DNA of 34,915 bases, taken from Microvirga sp. (GTDB taxonomy: Bacteria > Pseudomonadota > Alphaproteobacteria > Rhizobiales > Beijerinckiaceae). Position 1 is the first letter of the stretch; each line of letters opens with the position of its first letter. The notes beneath the pieces are model-generated. The model saw only the letters and a list, made by a program, of their open reading frames with translations, was not told the origin of the DNA and did no database searches. Of the stretch, positions 18,541-27,742 are shown piece by piece. The stretch covers positions 1 through 34,915 of the forward strand of contig DATHAU010000368.1 of the NCBI GenBank assembly GCA_035296545.1, given 5' to 3'. The translations under genes and the position numbers were made by a program.

Positions 18541-19610
18541 GAGGTTCGTGCTTTCGGTAGGAGAGTTTCCAGGATATCCGCTAGGCTTGGTCGGTGATGG
18601 CCATCGCGGCCCGTCATGGGGCCTGCGGCGACCAGCGCATCGAGAACGGCCTCCTGCGTCGCGTCCGCCATGGCCTCGAAGAGCAGGTCGATTCGGCTTT
18701 CGTTGAGGATGCGTACATCGACGAGGGCAACCTTCTCGTCATGGCGAAGGATGGTTCCCGTGGTGAAGCCAAGGGCGATATCGCCGCTGCCATGCCCCCA
18801 GAAGGATCCAAGGCGCGCAAGCCCCACGCCCGTGCGGCGAAGCACGCGCTCGAGCTGGCGGTTGCTCAGCGGGATATTCGTGGCGGCGATGACGATGATC
18901 GAGCCCTTTTCTGCCGCCTCCTCTCCAGCCTGAGCGACGGGAGGCCCCACAAACCTGCCGTCGGGAAGGCGCAGGTCGCCGGGGCGGCCGAAGTTGGAAA
19001 GGACCAGCACGCCCAGGTGAAAGCTCTCCTGATCGAGTTCGATCCGGCGGGAGGACGTGCCGATGCCGCCCTTGAAGCCGAAGGCGCTCATCCCGCAGCC
19101 CGCGCCGACGGAGCCGACCTCGACATGGGAGAATGCTTCGTCCAGAGCGGCCCGCGCATCGTGCTCCGTGACGGCAAGCGCCTGGATGTCGTTCAGGAAG
19201 CCGTCGTTGCACTCCATCACCACCGGATTTACGGTGGCGGTCTGGCGGCCGATATCCGGGTTATGCGCGATGGCGTGGCGCACCAGCGCCGTGCAGCAGG
19301 TTCCCACCGACAGGGTGTTGGTGAGAAGAATGGGTGTCTCGAGAACGCCAAGTTCCTCGACCTGCATCAGGCCTGCGCTCTTGCCGAACCCATTCAGGAC
19401 ATGAACGGCCGCAACCGGCTTCTCGCGGTAGAGGTTGCCGCCATGCGGCAACACGGCTGTCACCCCGGTGCGGATGCCGCCCTCGGCCAGGGTGCGATGC
19501 CCGACGCGCACGCCCGGAACATCCGCAATGCTGTTGAGCGCGCCCGCAGGGATGCGCCCGCAGGCAAGCCCGATATTCCTGGCGCGGGCAGGGCGCTCCA
19601 TCAGGGGCAT
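18537..19610 (-). CDS. dmpA: P1 family peptidase (DmpA-like L-aminopeptidase/D-esterase, beta-peptidyl aminopeptidase family)
   Basis: GALNSIADVPGVRVGH, TGVTAVLP, NGFGKSAG, LTNTLSVG, ECNDGFLND, GFKGGIGTSSR, autocleavage KG|SIIV, GHGSGD. Start 19610 or 19601. Confidence 0.88.
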   Translation of the reverse strand: MPLMERPARARNIGLACGRIPAGALNSIADVPGVRVGHRTLAEGGIRTGVTAVLPHGGNLYREKPVAAVHVLNGFGKSAGLMQVEELGVLETPILLTNTLSVGTCCTALVRHAIAHNPDIGRQTATVNPVVMECNDGFLNDIQALAVTEHDARAALDEAFSHVEVGSVGAGCGMSAFGFKGGIGTSSRRIELDQESFHLGVLVLSNFGRPGDLRLPDGRFVGPPVAQAGEEAAEKGSIIVIAATNIPLSNRQLERVLRRTGVGLARLGSFWGHGSGDIALGFTTGTILRHDEKVALVDVRILNESRIDLLFEAMADATQEAVLDALVAAGPMTGRDGHHRPSLADILETLLPKARTS

Positions 19611-20506
19611 TCCGCTTTCGCGAAGGCCGCGATTTCGGCGTGGGTCGCGATCCAGACATCCGGCCGTTGGGTGATTTCCTCCAGGAGCTTCTCGAGGATC
19701 CAGATGCGCGAGCGGTATCCGGTCACATGGGGGTGCATGGTGAGCAGGAAGAGCCCTCCCTCCTCATAGGCCCGCTCGAACTCGCGGAAGAAGATGTCGT
19801 ACACGGCGGTGGGCGGCGTATGCGGACGGAGGCCGTTGAACCGATGCATGTTGAAATACACGGCGTCGTCGCGAATCCACTCCACGGGAAGCTCCACGAT
19901 GCCCGTGGGCTCCCCATGTTCCAGCAGTTCGTACGGATCGTCGTCAGCCATGAGCGACGAATCGTACAGGAGCCCGAGTTCGCGCTCGATCTGGAGCGTG
20001 GTCGGGCTGAAGTCCCAGGACGGCGTGCGAAGGCCCACGGGCCGCACCCCCGTGATCCGCTCGAGGGTATCTGAAGCCCGGAACATCAGGTCGCGCTCGA
20101 CCTCATAAGGCAACTGGCTGTTGAGTTCGTGGATCCAGCCGTGAATGCCGATTTCGTGGCCTTCCGCCACGACGCGGCGCTGCTCGTCCTCGTACAGGAG
20201 GGCGGCGACGGCGGGGACGAAGAAGGTCGCCTTGGCGTCATGTTTGGCCAGCGCCTTGAGAATGCGCGGCACACCCTGGCGATTGCCGTATTGGCCCTGG
20301 GACATGCGGCCGATGGATTTGCCCCCATCGCGCAACTCGTTGGTCTCATGATCCGAGTCGAACGACAAGGCCACGGCGCAGCGCGCGCCGTTCTTCCACC
20401 GCGCCGGCTTCATGGAGCGTCCGGCGCGCACATGGTTCACCTTGCTGCGCCAGGTTTGCTCCTCCCAGGTCCAGGGCTGGCTGCTGATATCGTCCATGGC
20501 TCTCAT
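19601..20506 (-). CDS. Polysaccharide deacetylase (CE4) family, PuuE/HpPgdA-like cytoplasmic amidohydrolase
   Basis: ALSFDSD, GVPRIL, ATFFVP, GHEIGIHGWIHE, RTPSW, YDSS, LTMHP. No signal peptide. Confidence 0.88.
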   Translation of the reverse strand: MRAMDDISSQPWTWEEQTWRSKVNHVRAGRSMKPARWKNGARCAVALSFDSDHETNELRDGGKSIGRMSQGQYGNRQGVPRILKALAKHDAKATFFVPAVAALLYEDEQRRVVAEGHEIGIHGWIHELNSQLPYEVERDLMFRASDTLERITGVRPVGLRTPSWDFSPTTLQIERELGLLYDSSLMADDDPYELLEHGEPTGIVELPVEWIRDDAVYFNMHRFNGLRPHTPPTAVYDIFFREFERAYEEGGLFLLTMHPHVTGYRSRIWILEKLLEEITQRPDVWIATHAEIAAFAKAECP

Positions 20507-20542
20507 GTTCCCTCGGTACTCGTCGGTCGGCTCGGCGCCGGG

Positions 20543-21298
20543 TCAGGATCGTCCGCCGTCCACGGAGATGATCTGTCCCGAGATCCAGGCTGCCGCGTCG
20601 GAAGCAAGGAACATCACCGCGTCGGCGATGTCCTGCGGCTGGCCGAGGCGGCGCGTGTGAATGCTCTCGATCAGGCGAGCCTGACCTTCCGGGCCATAGC
20701 TTTCCCACTGCCGCTGCGTCGCGGGGTTCGACAGCACGAAGCCTGGAGCCACGCTGTTGACCGTAACGCCGAAGGGACCGAGCTCGAAGCTGAGCTGCTT
20801 CGTCAACCCGACGAGGGCGTGCTTGGAGGCCGTGTAGGCCTGGATGCCGGTGAGGCTCGGGCGCAGGCCCGCGCCGGAGGAGATGTTGACGATCCGGCCG
20901 AACCCCTGTCGCTTCATGTGCGGGGCGGCCGCCTGGGAGCACCAGAACGCGCCATGGACATTCGCCTCGAAAAGAACGAGCCAATCCTGCTCGCTCACCT
21001 CCTCGATGGGCCTTGCCACCTGGCCGCGTACGCCGCCCGCGCAATTGACGAGAATGTCCACGCCTCCGAGAGCTCTTGCCATCTCGTCCATGACGCGGCC
21101 GACGGCGGCGCGATCCGCGAGATCGAGGGTTCGCGTGGCGCTCGCCCCCGCGTCCGCAGCGACGCGAAGGCCTGCCTCGTCCAGGTCGAGCGCCCAGACG
21201 TGGGCGCCTTCGGCGGCGAGGGATCGAACGATGGTGCGCCCGATCCCCTGAGCCGCTCCGGTAACGGCCACCCGGCGGTTTGTGAAATCGAGCTTCAT
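20543..21298 (-). CDS. SDR family NAD(P)-dependent oxidoreductase
   Basis: TGAAQGIG, DILVNCAG, NISS, YTASK, VNSVAPG, ISVDGG. ATG 21298 overlaps the upstream TGA (ATGA). Confidence 0.92.
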   Translation of the reverse strand: MKLDFTNRRVAVTGAAQGIGRTIVRSLAAEGAHVWALDLDEAGLRVAADAGASATRTLDLADRAAVGRVMDEMARALGGVDILVNCAGGVRGQVARPIEEVSEQDWLVLFEANVHGAFWCSQAAAPHMKRQGFGRIVNISSGAGLRPSLTGIQAYTASKHALVGLTKQLSFELGPFGVTVNSVAPGFVLSNPATQRQWESYGPEGQARLIESIHTRRLGQPQDIADAVMFLASDAAAWISGQIISVDGGRS

Positions 21299-22311
21299 GG
21301 AGCGAGCATCTCGTCGAGAGTGGACCACGATTGTTCGCGCCGCCCGTCCTCGATGTCGTGGATCAGCTCGACCAGCCTGCTGATCGCAGGCGTGGGGATG
21401 CCGGCTTCCCGTCCGAGGGTCGCGATAATCGCGATCTGCGCATCGACCTCGGTCTTGCGCTTGCGGACGGCGAGATCGCGCCAGATGCCGGAATGGGTCT
21501 TGGCGGTGTGCCGGTTGAACTCCGCCATATCGGCCACGGAGCGGCGGGCTGCGGCTTCGTCCGCTCCCGGCATGAAGGCATCGGGATCGAAGCCGTTGAA
21601 CCCTAAGGGCTTCACGCCGCGGGCCTTCGCCACGGCCATGACCTCTTGGCCAAGCTGGCGAAAGACCGGGAAATGAGGCCCTGACGCAAGGTTCTCCGAC
21701 ATGGAGGCGTTGGTCAGCGCCGTGGCGAAGAGCAGGGAGCCGTAGCCGAGCTTGCCCCAGAGATAGCCCCAGATGTTGTCGGTCAGCACGGCCTTCGGCT
21801 CGAAGATCGACAGCAGGCGATGATAATCCCGCACAGCGTCCGTCGTCACCCCGTCAATTCCGCCAACGGCAACGGCAGCGCGGTTGCCGAACAGGATGCG
21901 GCCGGGCTCCAGCCAGTCCGCGCCGAAATTCACGAAGCAGCCGACACTCCGTTCCGGGCCGACTTCTTCGGCGATGACGAGTTCGTTCAGGCCGTTCTGC
22001 GCCGACAGGACCGTGCCGTCCCGGGCGAGATGGGGCTTCAAGGCGCGCACGGCGTCACGGGTATGGTGCGCCTTGACGGCCAGGATGACACGCTTGAACG
22101 GCCCCTGCACTTCGGCGGGCATGGCCGCCTGCACCGGCTGCTGGAAGGTCTCGACGGGGCCTTCGATGAGAAGCCCGTCGCGCTTCATGGCGTCCACATG
22201 GGCTTCGACGATGTCGACGAGCAACACATCCTCTCCCGCGCGGGAGAGATATGCGCCAAGGGTTCCGCCGATGGCGCCTGCGCCCCAGATCAGGATCGTG
22301 TTCTCGTTCAT
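21295..22311 (-). CDS. Ketopantoate reductase (ApbA/PanE) family oxidoreductase
   Basis: IWGAGAIGG, LAVKAH, SAQNGL, LWGKL, SGIWRDL..RKRKTEVD. The context argues against a pantothenate-biosynthesis role. Confidence 0.88.
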   Translation of the reverse strand: MNENTILIWGAGAIGGTLGAYLSRAGEDVLLVDIVEAHVDAMKRDGLLIEGPVETFQQPVQAAMPAEVQGPFKRVILAVKAHHTRDAVRALKPHLARDGTVLSAQNGLNELVIAEEVGPERSVGCFVNFGADWLEPGRILFGNRAAVAVGGIDGVTTDAVRDYHRLLSIFEPKAVLTDNIWGYLWGKLGYGSLLFATALTNASMSENLASGPHFPVFRQLGQEVMAVAKARGVKPLGFNGFDPDAFMPGADEAAARRSVADMAEFNRHTAKTHSGIWRDLAVRKRKTEVDAQIAIIATLGREAGIPTPAISRLVELIHDIEDGRREQSWSTLDEMLAP

Positions 22312-23007
22312 CTACCAGGTCTCGATGAGCGCGCGGGTTTCGTCGACCGCCACCGACCAGATGGCGTTCATGTCCTCGTCGGAGCGCTGGTAGCGCCCGC
22401 CGAAATTGCCGTCGCCGAGGATCTCCCGGACGCCTTCGGGCCCGAAGGTGCGCATGCGCTCCAGATCGACCATCGGCTTCTGGCGATCGGGCTGGGCGAC
22501 GCCGGGCAGGCGCGTCCAGGGGAAGTTCTCCATCCAGGAGGCGTGCGAAGCGACCGTGTCGATCTCCTTCACCTTCTCGAAGGTGCGGGGCGCATTCCAC
22601 CAGTTGTGGAATTTGACGCGGCAATCGGGGTTCTGCCCCATCCATTCGATCGCGGCGGTCTGGCCCGGGGTGTTGCCGCCGTGACCGTTCACGAACAGGA
22701 TCCGGCGAAAGCCCGTCTGCCGCAGGGAGTCGAGAATGTCCGTGATGATGCGCAGATAGGTCTCGGCCCGGAGGGAAACGGTTCCGGGATAGGCCAGGAA
22801 GTAGGGCGTGATGCCGTAGGCCTGGACCGGGAAAACCGGAACCCGCGACGGCGCGGCGGCATCCACCGCGACGCGCTCGGCCAGAATGCTGTCGACCGAC
22901 AGGCTCAGGTAGGCATGCTGCTCCGTGCAGCCGAGCGGCACGACGGCGCGATCATCTGCCTTCAGGTACTCTTCCACCTGAAGCCAGTTCATCTCACTGA
23001 TTCTCAT
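22312..23007 (-). CDS. Creatininase family amidohydrolase
   Basis: MNWLQVE, VPLGCTEQH...D, YPGTVSL, NGHGGN, HASWME. Confidence 0.9.
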   Translation of the reverse strand: MRISEMNWLQVEEYLKADDRAVVPLGCTEQHAYLSLSVDSILAERVAVDAAAPSRVPVFPVQAYGITPYFLAYPGTVSLRAETYLRIITDILDSLRQTGFRRILFVNGHGGNTPGQTAAIEWMGQNPDCRVKFHNWWNAPRTFEKVKEIDTVASHASWMENFPWTRLPGVAQPDRQKPMVDLERMRTFGPEGVREILGDGNFGGRYQRSDEDMNAIWSVAVDETRALIETW

Positions 23008-24080
23008 GAAGGCCCTTCCTCTTTGGTATCCCCTGCCGAGCGCAGCCGCTCCAGCACGGGCAGCAGGGTGGCGCGGATGGCATGCGGATCCGGCACGTAG
23101 CGGAACTCCATCGCCTGCCGGCCCGGCGGCAGCAGCCGTCTGACCGTCGCCTCCGCGCCGCTGGCGTAGATAGCAACGGCGACCCCGGAGAGAAACGCGG
23201 CAAGGTCGGGGGACGTGATGAGGCGCACATCCACATCGGATACGTGCGGCGCGAAGCGGAGCACTCCCGGTTTCATCAATGCCGTGAATTCGGGAAAGAT
23301 CGACACGATGCCGACGCGCGCCATGGGGTCGATCATCGCGAGCTGGGCGCGCGTCTCTTCGGCAGGGATGAAGCTGAGGCCCACCACCGGAATGCCGTTC
23401 GGCACGAGGTGCTCCACCTCGCCGCGGCGATGGGCCAGGGTCACGCAGAGATCGCAGGGCAGGGGGAAGGCCTCGCCGGAATGCAGGGCATCCACTGTCG
23501 TCACCACAATGGTGTCGTCCGGGCGGATGTACTCCTGAATCCTCCTGGCATATTGTTGCGTAGTCTCGACGAAGTTGCCCACCATGACGAGGCGCAGGGG
23601 CCGGGTGAGTGTCCGCCCCCGTGCGGCGCGCGCATTCACCAGCGACGAAACGACCGATGGCGCCAAGCCCAGTTGCTCTGCTTCATTGAAAAGCGTTTCG
23701 ATGCGACGCTGGATTTTCCGGATGGCGCCCGAGCGCAGGCCGTCGCTGTTGTGGCCATCGCCGACAAACGTGCCGGCGCCTGGCTTGGCGTCGATGAGCC
23801 CCGCCTCGCGCAGCTCCCGATACACGGTCACAACCGTCATGGGCGCAACGCCCGCCCGTTCCGCCAGTTCGCGCACGGAGGGCAGGCGCTGGCCGGTCGG
23901 CAACTCGCCCAGGGCGATGCCGAACTCGATCAGGCCGCGCAGCTGAATGCCAAGCGGAACCGGAAGGGAGCGGTCGAGGGCATTCGCGAGGTTGGCAAGG
24001 ATGCGCTCGTTGGGCGTGTGTTCCGCTTCGATGTAACGGGTGCTCTCACTAATATCAGGGGCTGCTTGGGGTTTAGGCAC
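23004..24080 (-). CDS. GntR family transcriptional regulator with long C-terminal domain
   Basis: wHTH VPLGIQL...GELPTGQRLPSVRELA..AGVAPMTV..VYREL..AGLI..KPGAGTFV. Stop overlaps the creatininase ATG (ATGA). Exact start uncertain. Confidence 0.88.
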   Translation of the reverse strand: MPKPQAAPDISESTRYIEAEHTPNERILANLANALDRSLPVPLGIQLRGLIEFGIALGELPTGQRLPSVRELAERAGVAPMTVVTVYRELREAGLIDAKPGAGTFVGDGHNSDGLRSGAIRKIQRRIETLFNEAEQLGLAPSVVSSLVNARAARGRTLTRPLRLVMVGNFVETTQQYARRIQEYIRPDDTIVVTTVDALHSGEAFPLPCDLCVTLAHRRGEVEHLVPNGIPVVGLSFIPAEETRAQLAMIDPMARVGIVSIFPEFTALMKPGVLRFAPHVSDVDVRLITSPDLAAFLSGVAVAIYASGAEATVRRLLPPGRQAMEFRYVPDPHAIRATLLPVLERLRSAGDTKEEGPS

Positions 24081-24087
24081 TGTGCGG

Positions 24088-24133
24088 TTGACTTTGCTTG
24101 TGTGGGTGACTTACCGTTCTAATTGACAAGAAC
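24088..24133. promoter_or_regulatory. Candidate promoter and GntR operator of the divergent peptide-catabolism locus
   Basis: TTGACT (24088-24093)-N18-TACCGT (24112-24117), overlapped by the inverted repeat GTTCT-N8-AGAAC (24116-24133), which contains TTGACA. Confidence 0.4.
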
Positions 24134-24175
24134 ACCTTGGACGAAAAGCCAGGGGCTTAGCAAGAGGGAAGTGAA

Positions 24176-25756
24176 TTGAAACAAAACTTCAAACTTGGCG
24201 GATCGCTGGTGGCCACTCTCGTGGTCGGAACCGCCCTCGCCGGCGCGGCATCGGCGCAAACCTTGACCATGGGCGTACGGGCCGGCCCCGATTCCATCGA
24301 TCCCCACTGGTCGACCCTGGGCAGCCAGGCGGAGACCTTGCGCCACATCTTCGATACGCTCGTGATGTCGGACGAGAACCTGGGGCTGAAGCCCGGCCTG
24401 GCGACCTCGTGGAAGCCGATCGACGAGACCACCTGGGAGTTCAAGATCCGGGAGGGCGTGAAGTTTCACGACGGGTCCGAATTGACGGCCGAGGACGTCA
24501 AGTTCTCCATCGACCGCATTCCGGTGGTCACCGGGCCCATGAGCATGACCATCTACACGAAGCAGGTTGCGGAGACCAAGGTCGCCGACAAGTACACCTT
24601 GCACGTGAAGACCAAGGCGCCCGCTCCGACCCTGCCGAACGATTTCATCCGGCTCTTCGTGGTGTCGAAGTCGGTCGGGTTGGAAGCCCGCAACGAGCAG
24701 TTCAATTCCGGCAAGGCCGCCATCGGCACCGGGCCATACAAGTTCGTGTCCTGGCAGCCCAAGGGCGATTTCGTCGTCGAGCGCTTCGACGGCTACTGGG
24801 GCGCGAAGCAGCCGTGGGAAAAGGTGGTCCGCAAGGAGATCCCCAGCGATCCGGCCCGCATGGCGGCCCTGAAGTCGGGCCAGGTCGACCTCGTCAATTA
24901 CGTTCCGGCGACCGACTATTCGTCCATGCAGAAGGACAAGTCGGTGGACACCTTCGTGGCCGACTCGGTCTACTTCCTGAACCTCTCGCCCAACGTGAAG
25001 GAAACCCTGCCCAAGCCCGTGAAGGTGGACGGCAAGGAGATCGCCGCCAACCCGCTTCGCGATCCCAAGGTGCGTGAGGCGATGGATCTTGCCATCGACC
25101 GCAGGACGCTCGTGCGCGTCGTGCTCGAAGGCCTCGGACGCCCCGCCAACCAGCTGATGCCCGCCAACTTCTTTGGCGGCAACAAGAACCTTCCCGAGCG
25201 TCCCTACGATCTGGCCAAGGCGAAGCAGCTTCTTGCCGACGCGGGCTATCCCAAGGGCTTCGAGATCGACTTCCACTGCACCAACAATCGCCTGCCCGGC
25301 GATGCGGCGGTGTGCGAAGCGCTCTCGCAGATGTGGGCCCGCGCCGGCCTGAAGGTGAACGCCAATGCGCTCAACGGCACCGTGTTCTTCCCGGCTCAGC
25401 AGAAGGGCGAGTTCTCCCTCTGGATGAGCGGCTGGGGCACGCTGACGGGCGAGGCGAGCTACACCTACGGCTCCCTGGTGCATACGGCGGATCCGCAGAT
25501 CGGTCTCGGCGCGTTCAACAAGCAGGGCTATTCCAACCCCGAAGTGGACAAGCTGCTTCAGGAAGGAAGCCGCACCATGGACGACGCCAAGCGCCGCGCC
25601 CTGTTCGAGAAGGCCACCGAGATCTCCATGAACGATCGCGCCCTGATCCCGACGGTTCAGATCCAGACGGTCTGGGCGGCCAAGAAGGGCATGCTCACCA
25701 TCCCGGCGCGGGTCGACCAGGAAACCCTGGCCTACGAGATCAAGCCGAAGAGCTGA
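24176..25756 (+). CDS. Peptide/nickel ABC transporter substrate-binding protein (family 5, DppA/OppA-like)
   Basis: Signal peptide, SIDPH, IFDTLV, PGLATSW, GVKFHDGSELTAEDVKFS, IGTGPYK, DPKVREAM..AIDR. TTG start after GAGGGA. Confidence 0.93.
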   Translation: MKQNFKLGGSLVATLVVGTALAGAASAQTLTMGVRAGPDSIDPHWSTLGSQAETLRHIFDTLVMSDENLGLKPGLATSWKPIDETTWEFKIREGVKFHDGSELTAEDVKFSIDRIPVVTGPMSMTIYTKQVAETKVADKYTLHVKTKAPAPTLPNDFIRLFVVSKSVGLEARNEQFNSGKAAIGTGPYKFVSWQPKGDFVVERFDGYWGAKQPWEKVVRKEIPSDPARMAALKSGQVDLVNYVPATDYSSMQKDKSVDTFVADSVYFLNLSPNVKETLPKPVKVDGKEIAANPLRDPKVREAMDLAIDRRTLVRVVLEGLGRPANQLMPANFFGGNKNLPERPYDLAKAKQLLADAGYPKGFEIDFHCTNNRLPGDAAVCEALSQMWARAGLKVNANALNGTVFFPAQQKGEFSLWMSGWGTLTGEASYTYGSLVHTADPQIGLGAFNKQGYSNPEVDKLLQEGSRTMDDAKRRALFEKATEISMNDRALIPTVQIQTVWAAKKGMLTIPARVDQETLAYEIKPKS

Positions 25757-25800
25757 TCTAGCCGGACCGGTCGGCAGTTCGGCCGGTTGATGATTCTCCT

Positions 25801-25831
25801 GTGAGGCAGGCCGGGTTCTGGCCTGCCTCAC
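25801..25831 (+). terminator. Stem-loop after the peptide SBP gene
   Basis: GTGAGGCAGGCC-N7-GGCCTGCCTCAC, perfect 12-bp stem with no U-tract. Confidence 0.55.
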
Positions 25832-25859
25832 GACACTTCAACACCCTGCACGAGACAGC

Positions 25860-26834
25860 ATGATCGGCTTTCTTATCCAACGGGTTCTTCAAGCGCTCAT
25901 GGTCGTGATCGCGATGTCGATCATCGTCTTCATTGGCGTTTACGCCATCGGAAACCCGATCGACGTGATGATCGATCCTGCGTCCGATCAGGCCCTGCGG
26001 GACGCTCTCATCCGCCGCTACGGTCTCGACCGCTCATTGATCGAGCAATACTTCGTGTTCATGAGCAACATGCTCCATGGCGATCTCGGGGAGTCCTTCA
26101 TCTACCGGCTACCTGTGCTCAGCCTGATCTGGTCGCGCTTTCCAGCCACGCTGGAACTCGCCCTGACGGCGATGCTGATTGCCACCTGCCTTGGAATTCC
26201 GCTGGGATTATGGGCCGGCTACAAGCCGGATTCGCTCTCCGCCAAGGCCATCATGGGGTTTTCCGTTCTCGGCTTTAGCGTGCCCAGCTTCTGGGTCGGA
26301 TTGCTGCTCATCATGGTCTTCGCGGTCGAGCTCGGCTGGCTACCATCGGGCGGCCGCGGGCCGACCACCGAAGTTTTCGGCGTGCCCCTCTCGATTACTT
26401 CCCTCGCGGGATGGAGCTACATCGTTCTGCCGGCCTTCAACCTCGCCCTGTTCAAGCTCGGCCTGCTGATCCGCCTGACCCGGGCCGGGACCACTGAGGT
26501 GATGAGCTCCGACTATGTCCGCTTCGCCCGCGCCCAGGGGCTCTCCGAGGGCAAGGTCGTCGGCCTTCATGTGCTGAAGAACATCTCGATTCCGATCGTC
26601 ACCGTCTTCGGCCTCGAACTCGGCTCGACCCTGGCTTTCGCGGTCGTCACCGAGACGGTGTTCAACTGGCCCGGCATGGGCAAGCTCATCATCGACTCGA
26701 TTACCGTGCTCGACCGGCCCGTGATGGTCGCCTATCTCATCCTGGTGGTGTTCCTGTTCGTCCTGATCAACCTCGTGGTCGACCTGGTCTATGGCCAGCT
26801 CGACCCGCGCATTCGCGTAAAGGCCGCGTCATGA
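25860..26834 (+). CDS. Peptide ABC transporter permease (DppB/OppB-like)
   Basis: YGLDRSLIEQY, GDLGES, PATLEL, SDYVRFARAQGL, ETVFNWPGMG, LDPRIR. Confidence 0.93.
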   Translation: MIGFLIQRVLQALMVVIAMSIIVFIGVYAIGNPIDVMIDPASDQALRDALIRRYGLDRSLIEQYFVFMSNMLHGDLGESFIYRLPVLSLIWSRFPATLELALTAMLIATCLGIPLGLWAGYKPDSLSAKAIMGFSVLGFSVPSFWVGLLLIMVFAVELGWLPSGGRGPTTEVFGVPLSITSLAGWSYIVLPAFNLALFKLGLLIRLTRAGTTEVMSSDYVRFARAQGLSEGKVVGLHVLKNISIPIVTVFGLELGSTLAFAVVTETVFNWPGMGKLIIDSITVLDRPVMVAYLILVVFLFVLINLVVDLVYGQLDPRIRVKAAS

Positions 26835-27742
26835 CAGATTCCCCCGTCCTGGCCGCGCCCATTGAGACCGGGGCGATCCGGCTCGCCAACTTCTGGTCCG
26901 ACTTCAGGCAGAGCCCTGTCGCCTTGGCAGCCCTGATCGTCGTCGTCGTCGTGGTTCTCATGGCGGCGCTGGCGCCGTTCGTCGCCCCGCAGGACCCCTA
27001 CAATCAGGGCACCCTCGACCTGTTCGACGCCCGCCTCGAGCCGGGGGAAACCGGCTCGGGCGGCTACGTTCACTGGCTCGGCACCGATGCCGCGGGACGG
27101 GACATCTTCTCCGCCATCCTCTACGGCCTGCGCACGAGCCTGATCGTCGGCGTCATGGCAGGCACCTTCGCCCTCGTGCTCGGCACGACGGTCGGCCTCG
27201 TCGCCGCCTATTATGGCGGCCGCATCGAGGCGCTCATCATGCGGGTCATCGACCTGCAGCTCTCGCTTCCCGCCATCCTTCTGGCGCTGGTTCTCGTCGC
27301 CATGCTGGGGCAGGGGCTCATGCAGCTGGTTGCGGCGCTGGTGGCGGCGCAATACGCCTATTTCGCCCGCACGACCCATGGCGCGGCCAGTGCGGAGCGG
27401 CGCAAGGACTACATCGAGGCCGCTCTTTCCACTCCGCTTCCGGCGCGCCATGTGCTGTTCCGCCATCTCCTGCCCAACGCATTGCCGCCGCTGATCGTGG
27501 TGGCGACCGTGCAGGTGGCGAATTCCATCGCGCTCGAGGCGACGCTGTCGTTCCTGGGCCTCGGCCTTCCCATCACCCAGCCGTCGCTGGGATCCCTGAT
27601 CGCCAACGGCTTCCAGTTCCTCCTCTCGGGCCGCTACTGGATCTCCATCTACCCGGGCATCGCCCTGATGCTGACCGTGGTCGCCATCAACCTCGTGGGC
27701 GATCAGGTTCGCAACGTTCTGAACCCGAGGCGCAGCCGATGA
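26831..27742 (+). CDS. Peptide ABC transporter permease (DppC/OppC-like)
   Basis: HWLGTDAAGRD, YGLRTSL, DYIEAA, RHLLPN, EATLSFLGLG. ATGA coupling at both ends. Confidence 0.93.
   Translation: MTDSPVLAAPIETGAIRLANFWSDFRQSPVALAALIVVVVVVLMAALAPFVAPQDPYNQGTLDLFDARLEPGETGSGGYVHWLGTDAAGRDIFSAILYGLRTSLIVGVMAGTFALVLGTTVGLVAAYYGGRIEALIMRVIDLQLSLPAILLALVLVAMLGQGLMQLVAALVAAQYAYFARTTHGAASAERRKDYIEAALSTPLPARHVLFRHLLPNALPPLIVVATVQVANSIALEATLSFLGLGLPITQPSLGSLIANGFQFLLSGRYWISIYPGIALMLTVVAINLVGDQVRNVLNPRRSR

Noticed and set aside
20543-23007. Mycofactocin-like RiPP system (creatininase-family MftE plus SDR)
   Set aside because: No radical SAM enzyme, RRE/PqqD protein or precursor peptide is visible; the context is catabolic.
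24119-25831. 570-aa minus-strand ORF, and similar long ORFs at 12293-13915, 20129-21676, 21820-23100 and 30012-31205
   Set aside because: Each lies opposite a well-supported gene and has no family motifs; expected in high-GC DNA.
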